Shown here: piece by piece, positions 38,005 through 48,781 of the stretch
Position numbering within the stretch: the first letter of the stretch is position 1
Layout of the letters: every line of letters begins with the position of its first letter
From: an uncultured Nitrososphaeraceae archaeon
GTDB taxonomy: Archaea > Thermoproteota > Nitrososphaeria > Nitrososphaerales > Nitrososphaeraceae
Reading direction: 5' to 3'
Length of the DNA: 64,000 nucleotides
NCBI GenBank assembly: GCA_963825865.1
Contig: CAWGVG010000029.1
Span: 64,001 to 128,000, forward strand
Notes under the pieces: generated by a model
What the model saw: only the letters and a program-made list of their open reading frames with translations
Told to the model about the DNA's origin: nothing
Database searches by the model: none
Translations under genes and position numbers: made by a program

Positions 38005-40105
38005 TTGATAAGGAAAGCCTACAGTAAGATAGAAAACATTACAGAAGGACTTTCTGCTAACTGCTTTAATTTTCTATATAATAAAATATTGCCAGCATCA
38101 GAAAGTAATGCCTTAACAATTTGTGATTATATTTCTTCTATGAAGTCAGAAATTAATTTAGTTGACCATTATAGAAAAGACGTAATAATTCTGCTTAGTA
38201 ATTTCTCAATCTTTCATAAAAATCAAAAGCCATTCAAATCTATAACAAGAGAAGACATACTTGCATTCTTAGATAGTTATAGAAAGCCAGAAAGCTCAGA
38301 TCTACTCCATAAATGGATAGGCACTTACAACACATATAGAATGCATTTAATGAGATTTTTCAAGTGGCTATATTATCCGGATATAGAACAGAAGAAAAGA
38401 CCAAACCCATCAGTTATTGAAAATATTGCACGGCTTAAAAGAAAAGAAACTTCCATTTACAAGCCAACTGATTTGTGGTCAGAAGAAGATGACATATTAT
38501 TTTTAAAATATTGTCCGTCAAAGAGAATCAAATGTTATCATGCTATCTCAAGGGATACGAGCTGCAGGCCCCATGAGATATTGAAATTAAGGATAAAAGA
38601 TATTGTGTTTAAAACTGCAGGTAATTATCAATATGCAGAAGTTCTAGTTAATGGGAAAACTGGAACAGACATATACCTTTGATAAATTCCATTCCCTTTG
38701 TAAAGGACTATCTGGATCATGAGCATCCACAAAGTGGAAATCCAAATTCAATATTTATCTGTGGAAATGGCAAGAGCATAGGTAAGAGCCTAGGCATTAA
38801 TATCTCTTGTGTAATTAGAAGCTTAGAGCTATATTCCTCTTCACATAGGATATCTATCTGACAAGCTCTTTGATGTCCTATAGCAAATTATGTAAGAAAC
38901 CTTTGATATTCAGGTCATTTACCGGAGTAACTGTATCTGAATTTGAATCCATTTGTAACGAAATTGAACATAACTACGAAGAGCACGAAAGAAGACGTCT
39001 TCTATCAAGGATGAGAATACGGGATATAGGTGCTGGTAGACCATTTAAGCTTAAAGTTAAAGAAAGATTCGTTATGCTTCTAGTATACTACAGATTATAC
39101 ATTACATATACATTATCAGGATTTCTGTTTGACCTTGATCAGAAGCAATGTTTGTAGAGATATATCAATGATGGAACCACTTATCAAGGAGTGTATTCCA
39201 TTGCCAAAGAAGATATACAAACGTCCTAGGAGATTAAGAACTATAGATGAAGTAGAAGAGTACTTTCCTGGATTCAAGGCTTTCATAGACTCTACAGAAC
39301 AAGAAATTCCAAGACCTAAGAACAAAAGAAGAAGGAAGAGTTACTATTCAGGTAGAAAGAAGAAACATACTGTCAAGACACAATTGATGGTAAACCAGTG
39401 AAGGATTGATACTGCATAAGACAGGTCACAGAAGTGGAAGAAAACATGATTATGACATTTACAAACACAATCATTCTATAACTCCATCACAAGTTGAAAA
39501 CATAGTTAATATTGGTTATCTTGGCATTGAAAAGGACTTTCCCACTGTAAATCTGTACTTGGTATCAAAAAGAAAAAGGGTACATTGCTTTCATGTGATG
39601 AAAGAACTTACAACAAGAATCATTCTAGGCTAAGGATCATAGTAGAACATACCATATGTAGAATCAAAAAGTTTGGAATAATGGGTATAAATTTAGAAAC
39701 AGATTAAGGAAGTACGAATAACGTATCTGATATAATATCCGGTCTCCTGAACTTCAGAGTTATACAGTCTGACAGCATTTCAATCTAAGAAGACGGCTAA
39801 AACAAGTAGGGTGTTAGACTATCGCTGCTAATTACGCAGAGATCTATTATAACTCTGTATCAAATATATGATAGATACAAAAAAGAATACTTTCCTAAAT
39901 TATTAGAAAACAATCCAAACGTTCCGCCTGAAGACAAGCAAAAGATTAAAGAATTACTCAAGAAGCCTTGGAACCCATATATTAGAAGACACTCCGCATT
40001 GACAGACAAATCAAAAATATTGAAACATGTATTAAGGCAGCATGCTGGCTGGTCTGGAAATCACAGATGCCACAAAAATATCTCCATTACTTTGGCAATG
40101 AATGT
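38005..40105 (+). pseudogene. tyrosine recombinase/integrase, interrupted by IS5 and 3'-truncated
   Basis: TSCRPHEIL (R) and VNGKTG (K) before the IS; PWNPYIRRHSALT, HAGWS and QKYLHYFGNE (catalytic Y) after it. Confidence 0.85.
38801..39849 (+). mobile_element. IS5-family (ISL2/DDE_Tnp_4 type) IS, frameshifted transposase
   Basis: FRSFTGVTVSEF, FIDSTEQEIPRP, YYSGRKKKHTVKTQ; imperfect TIRs around TCTCTTGTGTAATTAG / TCTCTGCGTAATTAG (rc); probable TAA duplication; ends approximate. Confidence 0.82.
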
Positions 40106-40463
40106 TTTAATGGTTAATGCATGCCTAGGTGCATATCTGTATCTAGACAATTCAATTCATCTAACAATATTGTACAACTGACCGAGTTGGACTACATCAG
40201 AATAACATACAGGATTTAAAAATTCAATAAAAACATGGTCAGATAAGTCAGTTAGGTCAGATAACTAACATAAAAGTCAGAAAGATAACTTGCACTTTGG
40301 TTAGTCATAAGTAATATCAATTTGGCCTGGCAAAGTCTCATGGTTTAATAGATCTTATCTTTTATTTTTCACAAAGCGATATTTGTTCATTTGTCAAGTT
40401 GCTTCATAATAGTAGATATCACTTCCTTTAGAGAAAATGGTTTTTGAATAAACCCATCAATTT

Positions 40464-40794
40464 TCAAAGATGATAAACGTGTATACATGGATCATTGATG
40501 TCAAATGTCGACATTAGTATTACCTTAACTGACGGAACTATTTCCCTCACCTTCTTTGCAAATTCAAATCCATTCATCGCCGGCATCCTTACATCGCAAA
40601 TAATTAGAGAATAATTTTTAGAATTGAGAATGAAATGTTCAAAGGCCAACAAAGGGTTTGTAAATCCAAATGTGCGGTATCTATGCCTTTGTAGCAGATG
40701 TTTGATGAGTGTGACAATATCCACTTCGTCATCAAGCACTAATATGGTCTTATGTGCTGATGTTGAAGATGTTTTCTTATCCTCAAGACTTCAT
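40464..40794 (-). CDS. stand-alone response regulator receiver (CheY-like), frameshifted at both ends
   Basis: ILVLDDEVD, IICDVRMPAMNGFEF, VILMST; KPF continues in another frame. Confidence 0.8.
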
Positions 40795-40841
40795 ATCGCT
40801 AGCAATATCGCTAGCGTTATATTAATCTATCGCTAGCGATA
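40794..40841. promoter_or_regulatory. three TATCGCTAGC motifs, the last a perfect 14-bp palindrome TATCGCTAGCGATA
   Basis: Copies at 40794-40803, 40806-40815 and 40828-40841, abutting the probable start of the receiver gene. Confidence 0.5.
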
Positions 40842-41329
40842 AATTAGACAATAAGTTGCCATAGGAATTTTTTTAAACTATACAGGATAACAATATGCTG
40901 ATAACGACCCGTTTATGGTACCTTTATGGTCACATGGAACTCGTGCTGCTGTTTATGTCGAGGTGAGTATAAGCTAGGACACATCCGACAAAGGTCGTCG
41001 ACGGAGCGTTTTTAGTATAATCCAGTTATAGTTGAATGATTGTAAGTGTCATTTCATATTTTGATCGAAAATGATTCTGATAGAAAAGAAGCTTCCATTC
41101 TGCTGCCTTGTTGTTTCCTCAAGTTCTTACAACCTTGTAGATAGAGCTACAAGTTGGTCTGATAATTGTGTTATGACAGTAGTAGTAGAAGTAAGTCAGT
41201 TGGTTACTTTTCTAGCAGAAGTTCTAGGGTATACGATATAATTGATAATACTCTTTCTCATCCAGAGGCACGAGCATGGAGTATAAGAATTCATAGAGAT
41301 AGTATTGGCCAAGATCCAAAATTACTCTA

Positions 41330-41700
41330 TCATTTTTTAAATAATAGGTAAGTAATTTGAAAAATCACTACTATCTGCATTGTATGAATCATATTTGCTA
41401 TACCTCCGTTTATTGTCCAAACTTCCATTGTCTTGATTATCAACATATCACTATGTGTATATTCGATTTTATATGATGAGTTAAGAGCAGGAGTTGTTAA
41501 TGGATTCAACTCAATTAGTTGAAAATTCTGCAAGCTCGATTTATAGGATGAAACTAGTGAATCAGCAAACTGTTTTAGAGATGTGTTTTGAGAATGTAAT
41601 TTTTTTACCACTATCACAAGGTTTTCTAATATGCCAGAGTCGTTTTCTGATGGTGGACTGAATTCAGCAATAGGAAGGCTGCTATTGACATAATACTTTC
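41330..41700 (-). pseudogene. PsbP-like domain fragment
   Basis: IVVKKL...SLKQFAD...SYKIEYT...KTMEVWTINGG pattern of PsbP-like thaumarchaeal surface proteins; no clear start. Confidence 0.5.
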
Positions 41701-41805
41701 CAATACTATATAGAAAAAATATGCAATGTTAATCAAATTTTATATATTCTTAAATCTAACTGATAATATTTACTATTGTCAAAGCCCAAGATAAATTCCA
41801 AACAA

Positions 41806-42932
41806 ATGGCAGTTATTATTCTTGCTATATCAGCATATGTTATATTAGCAGCATATTTACCAAATGTATCTTTTAGTCAACTACCCTTTCTTCCAGCAGA
41901 TCAAGGCAGCAGTATCTGAGAAAAATCATACAATTACACATGGCAATAATAATAACAATAGCAGCACATCATCCACCAAGCCCTGGAGCAACCAATTCAT
42001 TTTCGTACTCTTTAAATATGATAACAAACACAACAAAACCAGAATCTTTACCATCACAAACAAAAACTATCGACGTTACAAACCTTTCTCATAAAGGAGT
42101 AGATAAATTTGGTATTGCAATGCTTTATCCTACAAAACCCAATGGAGAACAATGGTATATGAATATGAGCAGTCCTACAAGCGACCCAAGGTTTAACCTT
42201 AATAATCCATATAAGCATGTAGGAAAATCTTCTATTTCAAAATTTAACTTTACCAAGAATTCCGATGGCTCATGGAAGGTAATTTCACCAAAGGTAAGAA
42301 TGGAAGCTTATACATCAACTGGTTATAATCAGAGTAAAATGACTACTTACAATCAATCAGAATTAGCTCCTAAAGGCTATATGCAATCACCTGATGATTG
42401 GAAAAATGCCGAAATTACAGGTTATATAAAATACAATGGAGGTAAGAAGGCTGACGAAAATTTTGATTGGTATGCAAGAGGAGGAATACATACGGATGCA
42501 AATAAAGGATGTGAAGGAACAGCTTATAAAGGAAATTTGTATTATTCTGGCAACTCCGATTTTGGAAAAGAGCAGTGGCATGAAAATGGTTTTGTTAGCA
42601 CAGATGAAAAGATAAATGTAACTTCTCCACTAAAAGGAAAATGGATTGGCTTTAAACTTGCAATGTATAACTTATCCCCTACACTTAAGAATGGATCTAT
42701 GTCTGTAAAGCTGGAAAACTGGATCAATGAAAATGCTGACGGTAAAACATGGAAAAAGGTGGATGAGAAAATTGATGATGGTGGCTGGGGAAAAGATGGT
42801 GGACGTTGCGGAGGAAGACCTGATCAAATTATAACATGGGGGGGTCCTGTTGCTACTTTTAGATGGGATGGAGCAAATGAAGTAGATATAAAGAATTTTA
42901 GTGTAAGAGAGATTCAGCCTACTACAAAATGA
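41806..42932 (+). CDS. secreted Trp/Gly-rich beta-sandwich protein (putative carbohydrate-binding or lyase-like)
   Basis: Signal-like MAVIILAISAYVILAAYL at 41806 (other frame); core DKFGIAMLYPTK, WKNAEITGYIK, WYARGGIH, GCEGTAYKG, KEQWH, TWGGPVATFRWD. Confidence 0.65.
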
Positions 42933-43332
42933 TAGAAAATAGCTGTTGTTATCTCAATGTGCAAGACATTGTAGGTGCTAACTCATGCAGAGCAGTTATT
43001 ACTTCATTTATATTCTTTCCCAGAACTTGTCAATACTAGCAAAGATTCCATATTCCTAGAATCAAAACAAAAGATGATCCTTGACATTCAGACTTCTATA
43101 GAAAGAAACATGATGATCGCTGAACAATTTGTAAGTTATGGAGTGGCCGCAAAATGGTGGTATCAAAGTATCAGGTTTCTAATCATATAGTTATTTATGG
43201 TGCGTTATATTACCTTTATTTAGTATTATAAAGATGGTTAATAATGCCTCGAGACATTTTGACTACCACTATAACCTATATGTATTGATAGTAAGTTACT
43301 TTTCTCAACTATCTATCTAGTTTGATAGTATC

Positions 43333-44230
43333 TCACAATGTAATAACGTTGATAGAAGTATCTGAAGGAATTAGTGTATGTTCGGCTTGAGCAACTATTT
43401 TTCCATTTCCTTCAACAAGAATAGGATATGCATGTACATTCCTTTTCTTTATTAAAATTTCCATAGATTGACGCGCCTTTTTCTCTTCGTATTTGTCCAT
43501 CATCCATCTGAGAGCGAATGGTAAAGTCTTGAATCTATTCCACGTATGTTCAAGAAACTCATCTACCTCTTTTTCTTTAGTTGGTTTGCGAGAAATTATG
43601 CCAAAGATATTGCGAGTCTTGCCTTCATAAACTACTCCTTGACCATCTTTTGTGGTTACAAAAGGTTCGATAGCATATGCTTGATTAGGAACTAGGATAA
43701 ATGATGACCCAATAGTCCAGATATTTGGTATTGATCTACCTGCATGAATAGTGTATTGCTCTAGCGAATGACCGCTCAAGTTCTGAATAGGTCTGAATCC
43801 TTGCTTTGAAATCGTATTTTCGATTACCTTTCCAATATCACTAGCTTTTGTATTAGCTTTAGCAATCCTGACTGCTTCGCTTAAAGCGTTCTCGGCAGTT
43901 TTTACTAGTGTTTCGTATTTTGGATTATAACAAACAGTCACCGCTGTATCAGCAATATATCCTTGTATATGCACACCAATATCGATCTTTAAAACATCAG
44001 CATCTTTTACCATAATCTGGTCATTTGGTTCTGCTGTATAGTGAGCTGCCTATGTCATTCAAACTAACATTAACCGGAAAGGCAGGTGCCGCATCCTTTC
44101 TTCTAATTTCAGCTTCTATTGATTCACAAATTTGAAGCAGGGTGGAGCCAATATAATATTTTTTTCGTGTATTTTCCCGTACTTCAGATGCTATCTTGCC
44201 GGCCTGCTTATAGCAATCTAAAAAATTCAT
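43333..44230 (-). CDS. map: methionine aminopeptidase type II, frameshifted
   Basis: PAFPVNVS, KIDIGVHIQGYIADTA, NLSGHS, AIEPF, AQAEHT. Confidence 0.92.
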
Positions 44231-44342
44231 ACGCTAAAAACTTCTTGAAGCTAGTAATATATATACAAATATTGTCATGACGAAGCTTAAAATTATACTG
44301 ATGAATAGTACATTAAGGAAATAATTCTTTGGAATTGAGCGG

Positions 44343-44416
44343 GGGGTCGTTGTCTAGCTTGGTATGATGCCAGCCTTGGGCGCTGGAGGCCGCCGGTTCA
44401 AATCCGGCCGACCCCA
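44343..44416 (+). tRNA. tRNA-Pro(TGG)
   Basis: Acceptor stem GGGGTCG/CGACCCC; anticodon arm CCAGC-CTTGGGC-GCTGG; T-arm GCCGG-TTCAAAT-CCGGC. Confidence 0.95.
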
Positions 44417-44666
44417 GTAAACTCTTCAAATTCTTAAAACAATAGATAAAGAATTATGATGTTACGTCGATCATAAATATCCTAAATGCGGTATTAGATC
44501 TATGACCGCAGTAACTACAATGAAGAGGTTAACTACATTTGTTTTAATATCTGTAATATTGACATCAGTGTTTCTTATAACTAACACCCATTCAGCATCT
44601 GCACAGTGAAACCATACTGAATACCATAGAATAGTTCTCAATTGTTTAATTCACTATAAAAAATCA

Positions 44667-44745
44667 ACCCTGACGGATTAGCTAAATACATATTTTTGTT
44701 AGTAAATCGTGCTCAAATCACTAGTAGTATTGAATCCGTCAGGGT
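44667..44745. repeat. 79-bp MITE-like element with perfect 13-bp inverted repeats
   Basis: ACCCTGACGGATT (44667-44679) and AATCCGTCAGGGT (44733-44745). Confidence 0.6.
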
Positions 44746-45080
44746 ATCCATAATAACCATAGTGCATATTCAATTCTAGAATTAATAAAAAAGAACTAAC
44801 TAAGTTGGAAAGTTATCGTCAAATACTAATCAATCACCAATAAGATAAGCAAAAAAATATTAACCGCTTAAAAGTGGTGTAGATGCAGTAACATACATTA
44901 TTCATTTCATCTATAAATAAGTTATAATGAATATTTACTATAGATTGGTAAATCAATTACTATACCACGTTTGATATACTCAATAGTTATACTAAATAAA
45001 TTAGCAGTAAATCATATTAGATAAATCAGCAGTAACTTCGCCAAGTCAAATATATAGATGACATCGTATTGAGAATATAA

Positions 45081-45443
45081 ATGAACAACACAGCAATAAC
45101 TACTCTAACAATAGCTGCCATCTTGGCAGCAACATTAGTAGTAGGAGTAACGCTGGCAACAACAACAACAGCAATAACTGCATTTGCATCTAGTAGAGGA
45201 AATGGTAATGGTAACACAGATACCGATCAGATAGCCAAGCAAAAAGCATATGTAAGTGGATTTGATAACTCATTCAATCAAGAACTTCAAAACCTGATAT
45301 GCACCCATCCAAGCGCCTCTTGTACAGTAGAGCAAACTCCTACTCCACCGCCGCCACCTCCACCACCTCCAAGTGATGACGACGACGGCGAGGATCGCCA
45401 CGACGATCCAAAAAAAATGGATGACATGAGCAAATACTGGTAG
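45081..45443 (+). CDS. small secreted protein with poly-Pro and acidic tail
   Basis: Signal-like TLTIAAILAATLVVGV...AFA; NLICTHPSASC; PTPPPPPPPPPS. Confidence 0.6.
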   Translation: MNNTAITTLTIAAILAATLVVGVTLATTTTAITAFASSRGNGNGNTDTDQIAKQKAYVSGFDNSFNQELQNLICTHPSASCTVEQTPTPPPPPPPPPSDDDDGEDRHDDPKKMDDMSKYW

Positions 45444-45639
45444 TTCTTTATTACTACCACAACTTTTTTTCTTTTTTGCATCTGCGCAAGAATAAAAATC
45501 TATTTGCAAACGCTTTTACTTGTTTTAACTTGGTTTCAGAACATACTATTATTCGCTTAACATGCTGACACCAACAGTGTAAGGATCCTTAAGGATCTGT
45601 AAGTTTATACAGAACAACACAAAAATTCCCCTTGCAGAG

Positions 45640-45879
45640 TTGTACCTTTTAGAGATTTTACAAAAAGTAAGAGAAAAAGAGAAGACGGTAAGGTCAATGG
45701 TAAAACTCGATTACGACAAGGATAATTACAGAGAAATGATTCTTGATGCTGCAGAAACAGTCATAGGATATTTTGGCTTTGATAGTGCTGTTTATGAAAA
45801 TCCTAGGAATAATAGAAAGAAAAAGAAATGGTATGATGAATTACTGGAAGAAAGAAAAAAAGATATCAAACAGAAATGA
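45640..45879 (+). pseudogene. C-terminal fragment resembling an accessory family-B DNA polymerase
   Basis: DYDKDNYREMILDAAETVIGYFGF resembles a PolB thumb end (YDxxxYxxxLxxAAExIL). Confidence 0.45.
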
Positions 45880-46224
45880 TGATGGAAAAACAATAGCCTC
45901 AATTGACGGTCCAAAATATATATGAATACTAAAAACCCATCTTACCAATAATTGCATAAGAAGGAACTACAGCTAAATTGTTCATAGCAATAACTAAACT
46001 TTTTAGCAATGTTAATCAATATTAGACTAGCGCTGGCGCTTCTATAATACGATAATAATAAGTGCGCGCTGGAGGAACAGATATCATCAACGGTCCTACT
46101 ACTATTGGTATTAGTAGCATCTTTGTTATTCTTGTTTTATCTACTTAATAAGCTCCATGAAAACAATGTTGAACAATGTTCTCATCATATTTATTTTGAT
46201 GCCAATACATATCATATATGTTTA

Positions 46225-46772
46225 AGCCTGGCATTTGTCCAGAACTCATTTAGTCTATACTCTGCTCGCAGAACTATCTTTATTGGTCATTTCGGGACTA
46301 ATGGTTCTTGAGTACATCAGCAGCTTTTCCTAAGGAAATTGTAATTATGCAGCCTGCGCTTCCTTATCTTGGTCTTTTGGCTAGTATATTCTATAAGCTC
46401 TTGCTCTGAATGTGCGTCCCTGAACGCATATAGCTGATCATTCCTATCTATCAGACTCCCTAGTATAGGAATCTCGTCTTTTGAGATGTTGCTGACACTA
46501 TTCCATTCTGCATTATAGGGGTTAGCAGTCGATATGATGGTTGTCGGTGCATCTAGTTCAAAATGGGTGGCATACTTGGTTAATGTTGTCCTACCCTCTT
46601 CAGCAATGTCAGTTATATGACCTTGATCTTCTGGTGACATAAAACCAATCTCGTTAATGGCACATATCGCACCTTTTGCCAATACAGCAGGACCCAACCT
46701 TAAGAATAGGCCACCATCGCTTTCCTTATCTACAATACCGATCAAACTCTTGCCGCTTTGTATTCTGTGCAT
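46225..46772 (-). pseudogene. MCM-type AAA+ helicase fragment
   Basis: SGKSLIGIV, LRLGPAVLAKGAICAINEI, IAEEG, TTIISTANP, SLIDRND, NYNFLRK. Confidence 0.8.
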
Positions 46773-47017
46773 TAATGCTGTGTCTTTCATATGTGTGATC
46801 CAATTGATTATGTCAACTTGAATAATCCTGACATCTCTACCTTCAATCAACTTGGCATAATCTTTCAGCTTCAATATTCATATAGTCCATGAAGTAGCTC
46901 AGAGCTCTTACGATAATCGCGCTTTGTAGCTTCAGATCTGCATGAGTTTATGAAATTTCTATAATATTGATTGTTTGAATTATCTCCAGATATTTGATTA
47001 ATAATATTTCTCTGCAT
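46773..47017 (-). pseudogene. N-terminal (SAM-like) fragment of a tyrosine integrase
   Basis: Own translation across shifts: YYRNFINSCRSEATKRDYRK...SYFMDYMNI...DYAKLIEGRDVRIIQVDIINWITHMKD. Confidence 0.55.
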
Positions 47018-47706
47018 TTTCTTTCTTGGTATGCAGTAGTGAACAAAAAACTACTATTAAAGCGTCTATCCAAGTATGTTAATCAATATTAACGATATTG
47101 TATATTCTAAACGTATATGAATGTTGAAAGGAAAAACCCTTTAAAGCGTGATCAAGCATTGAATGATGCCACGAATGGACAAATAGGAGAAGAGCCTAGA
47201 CCTGAACCAATGTCTGATATAAAAGATCAGCGTGTGAAAACTGCACGTAAAATGTCTAGAGATTTTTAAAGAAACCCTACATTGAAAGAAGACGAAAGTC
47301 AATCCGATACTAAGACTCTTTTAACATGGTCAAATATCCAATACCTTGTAGAAGGATTAGATGCGTTACTACATACTAACCTTGATGGGGATAAGCGAAG
47401 AAAAGTTATCGAGTTAAGAGACGAGTTATCTGCTTATGTTAGCAATATGTTCAGTGATTGAAAAACAACTAATGTAAAAATAGCGTATAGTCCCATTTAA
47501 AAATAATGAGTCAATCCCACAACTGTTCGAATATCCAAAATGTGTGGTTAATTATTAGACTCCAGTTTGACTATTTGTTTCTGAAGATCCATAAGTTAGC
47601 AATATGAACCCATACATAACTGGATATGAAAGATTTCTCCCATACCATTCCGCATCGTTAATCTTTATTATGTGATCTTTAATAACTAAGGATGGCCAGA
47701 CAATAA

Positions 47707-48645
47707 ATGTCTAACAACCATCTATACAATCGCGATATAATCTCAATCAAGGATTTCAGCAAGCAAGATCTCGAATTCGTTTTCTATTCGACAGATATAA
47801 TTAGCAGTCTGAGACCAAATGAAAAGAGTGAACTTGGCAAAGGCAGGACTCTAGGTTATATCTTCTATGAGCCAAGCACTAGGACCAGAATGAGTTTTGA
47901 ATCAGCTATGGCATCATTAGGTGGAAGCTCTATTGGAATCTTTGATCCCAAATCTTCTTCGATTGAAAAAGGTGAGAGTCTTGCTGATACTATTCGAATA
48001 ATAGATCTTTATTCTGATGTTATTGTTTTACGACATCCGCTTGATGGTTCAAGCAGGTTTGCTGGTGAATTATCAAAGAATCCAATAATCAATGCAGGTA
48101 GTGGAAGTGAAGAACATCCTACACAAGCGATGCTTGATCTTTATACTATAATCAAAGAGAAAAAAAAAATTGACGGGCTTACAATAGGCATTGTTGGAGA
48201 TCTAAAGTACGGCAGAACAGTCTATTCATTATTATATGGTTTGGCAAATTATAATGTAGATATTCATCTAATATCACCATCTATATTATGTATTAGAAAA
48301 GAATCGATCTATGACGTACGAAACAATCTGAAAATATATGAACATAGTCAGCTTGATGACGATATTTTGTCTAAACTTGATATAATTTATGTTACAAGAA
48401 TACAAAGAGAGCGTTTTCCCGATATACAAGAGTATGAAAAAGTAAAGGGTACGTATACTATCGATATGAATACTCTGGCAAAAGCAAAACCAGATGTCTC
48501 CATAATGCATCCAATGCCTAGAACAGAAGAAATTTCACATTCTATCGATGGTACAAAGAATGCAATTTATTTTAAGCAGGCCGCATACGGTAAGGAATTG
48601 AGAGCAGCTCTTCTTGCCTTAGTGTTAAACGAAAATCCGATCTAA
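47707..48645 (+). CDS. pyrB: aspartate carbamoyltransferase catalytic subunit
   Basis: FYEPSTRTRMSF, HPTQAMLD, GDLKYGRTV, TRIQRERF, HPMPR. Confidence 0.95.
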   Translation: MSNNHLYNRDIISIKDFSKQDLEFVFYSTDIISSLRPNEKSELGKGRTLGYIFYEPSTRTRMSFESAMASLGGSSIGIFDPKSSSIEKGESLADTIRIIDLYSDVIVLRHPLDGSSRFAGELSKNPIINAGSGSEEHPTQAMLDLYTIIKEKKKIDGLTIGIVGDLKYGRTVYSLLYGLANYNVDIHLISPSILCIRKESIYDVRNNLKIYEHSQLDDDILSKLDIIYVTRIQRERFPDIQEYEKVKGTYTIDMNTLAKAKPDVSIMHPMPRTEEISHSIDGTKNAIYFKQAAYGKELRAALLALVLNENPI

Positions 48646-48781
48646 ATGAAAATCTCAGAATATAGACAAATCATCGTTGATAAACAAACTGCAAAGTTTC
48701 TTCTACGACTTTTTAATTTACATTTATAATCCTTACCGGCATCATAGAATAAAAATGAGTATAAATAAGAGAATTGTTTGT

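Larger units (their letters stand above)
37823..43329. mobile_element. tyrosine-recombinase integrative element (~5.5 kb) bounded by 22-bp direct repeats
   Basis: ACTAACTAACTAGTTTGATAGT (37823-37844) vs ACTATCTATCTAGTTTGATAGT (43308-43329), 20/22 identical; the integrase starts just inside the left repeat. Confidence 0.75.
46009..47091. mobile_element. collapsed integrative element (integrase N-terminus plus MCM fragment) bounded by 16-bp direct repeats
   Basis: Perfect ATGTTAATCAATATTA at 46009-46024 and 47076-47091. Confidence 0.65.

Noticed and set aside
41723-41736. GCAATGTTAATCAA matching the left repeat of the 46-kb element
   Set aside because: Partial AT-rich match lacking the right palindrome arm; no associated boundary is evident.
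47117-47461. ORF with one in-frame stop as a recoding (Sec/Pyl) candidate
   Set aside because: The stop is TAA, not TGA or TAG; more likely decay or an error.
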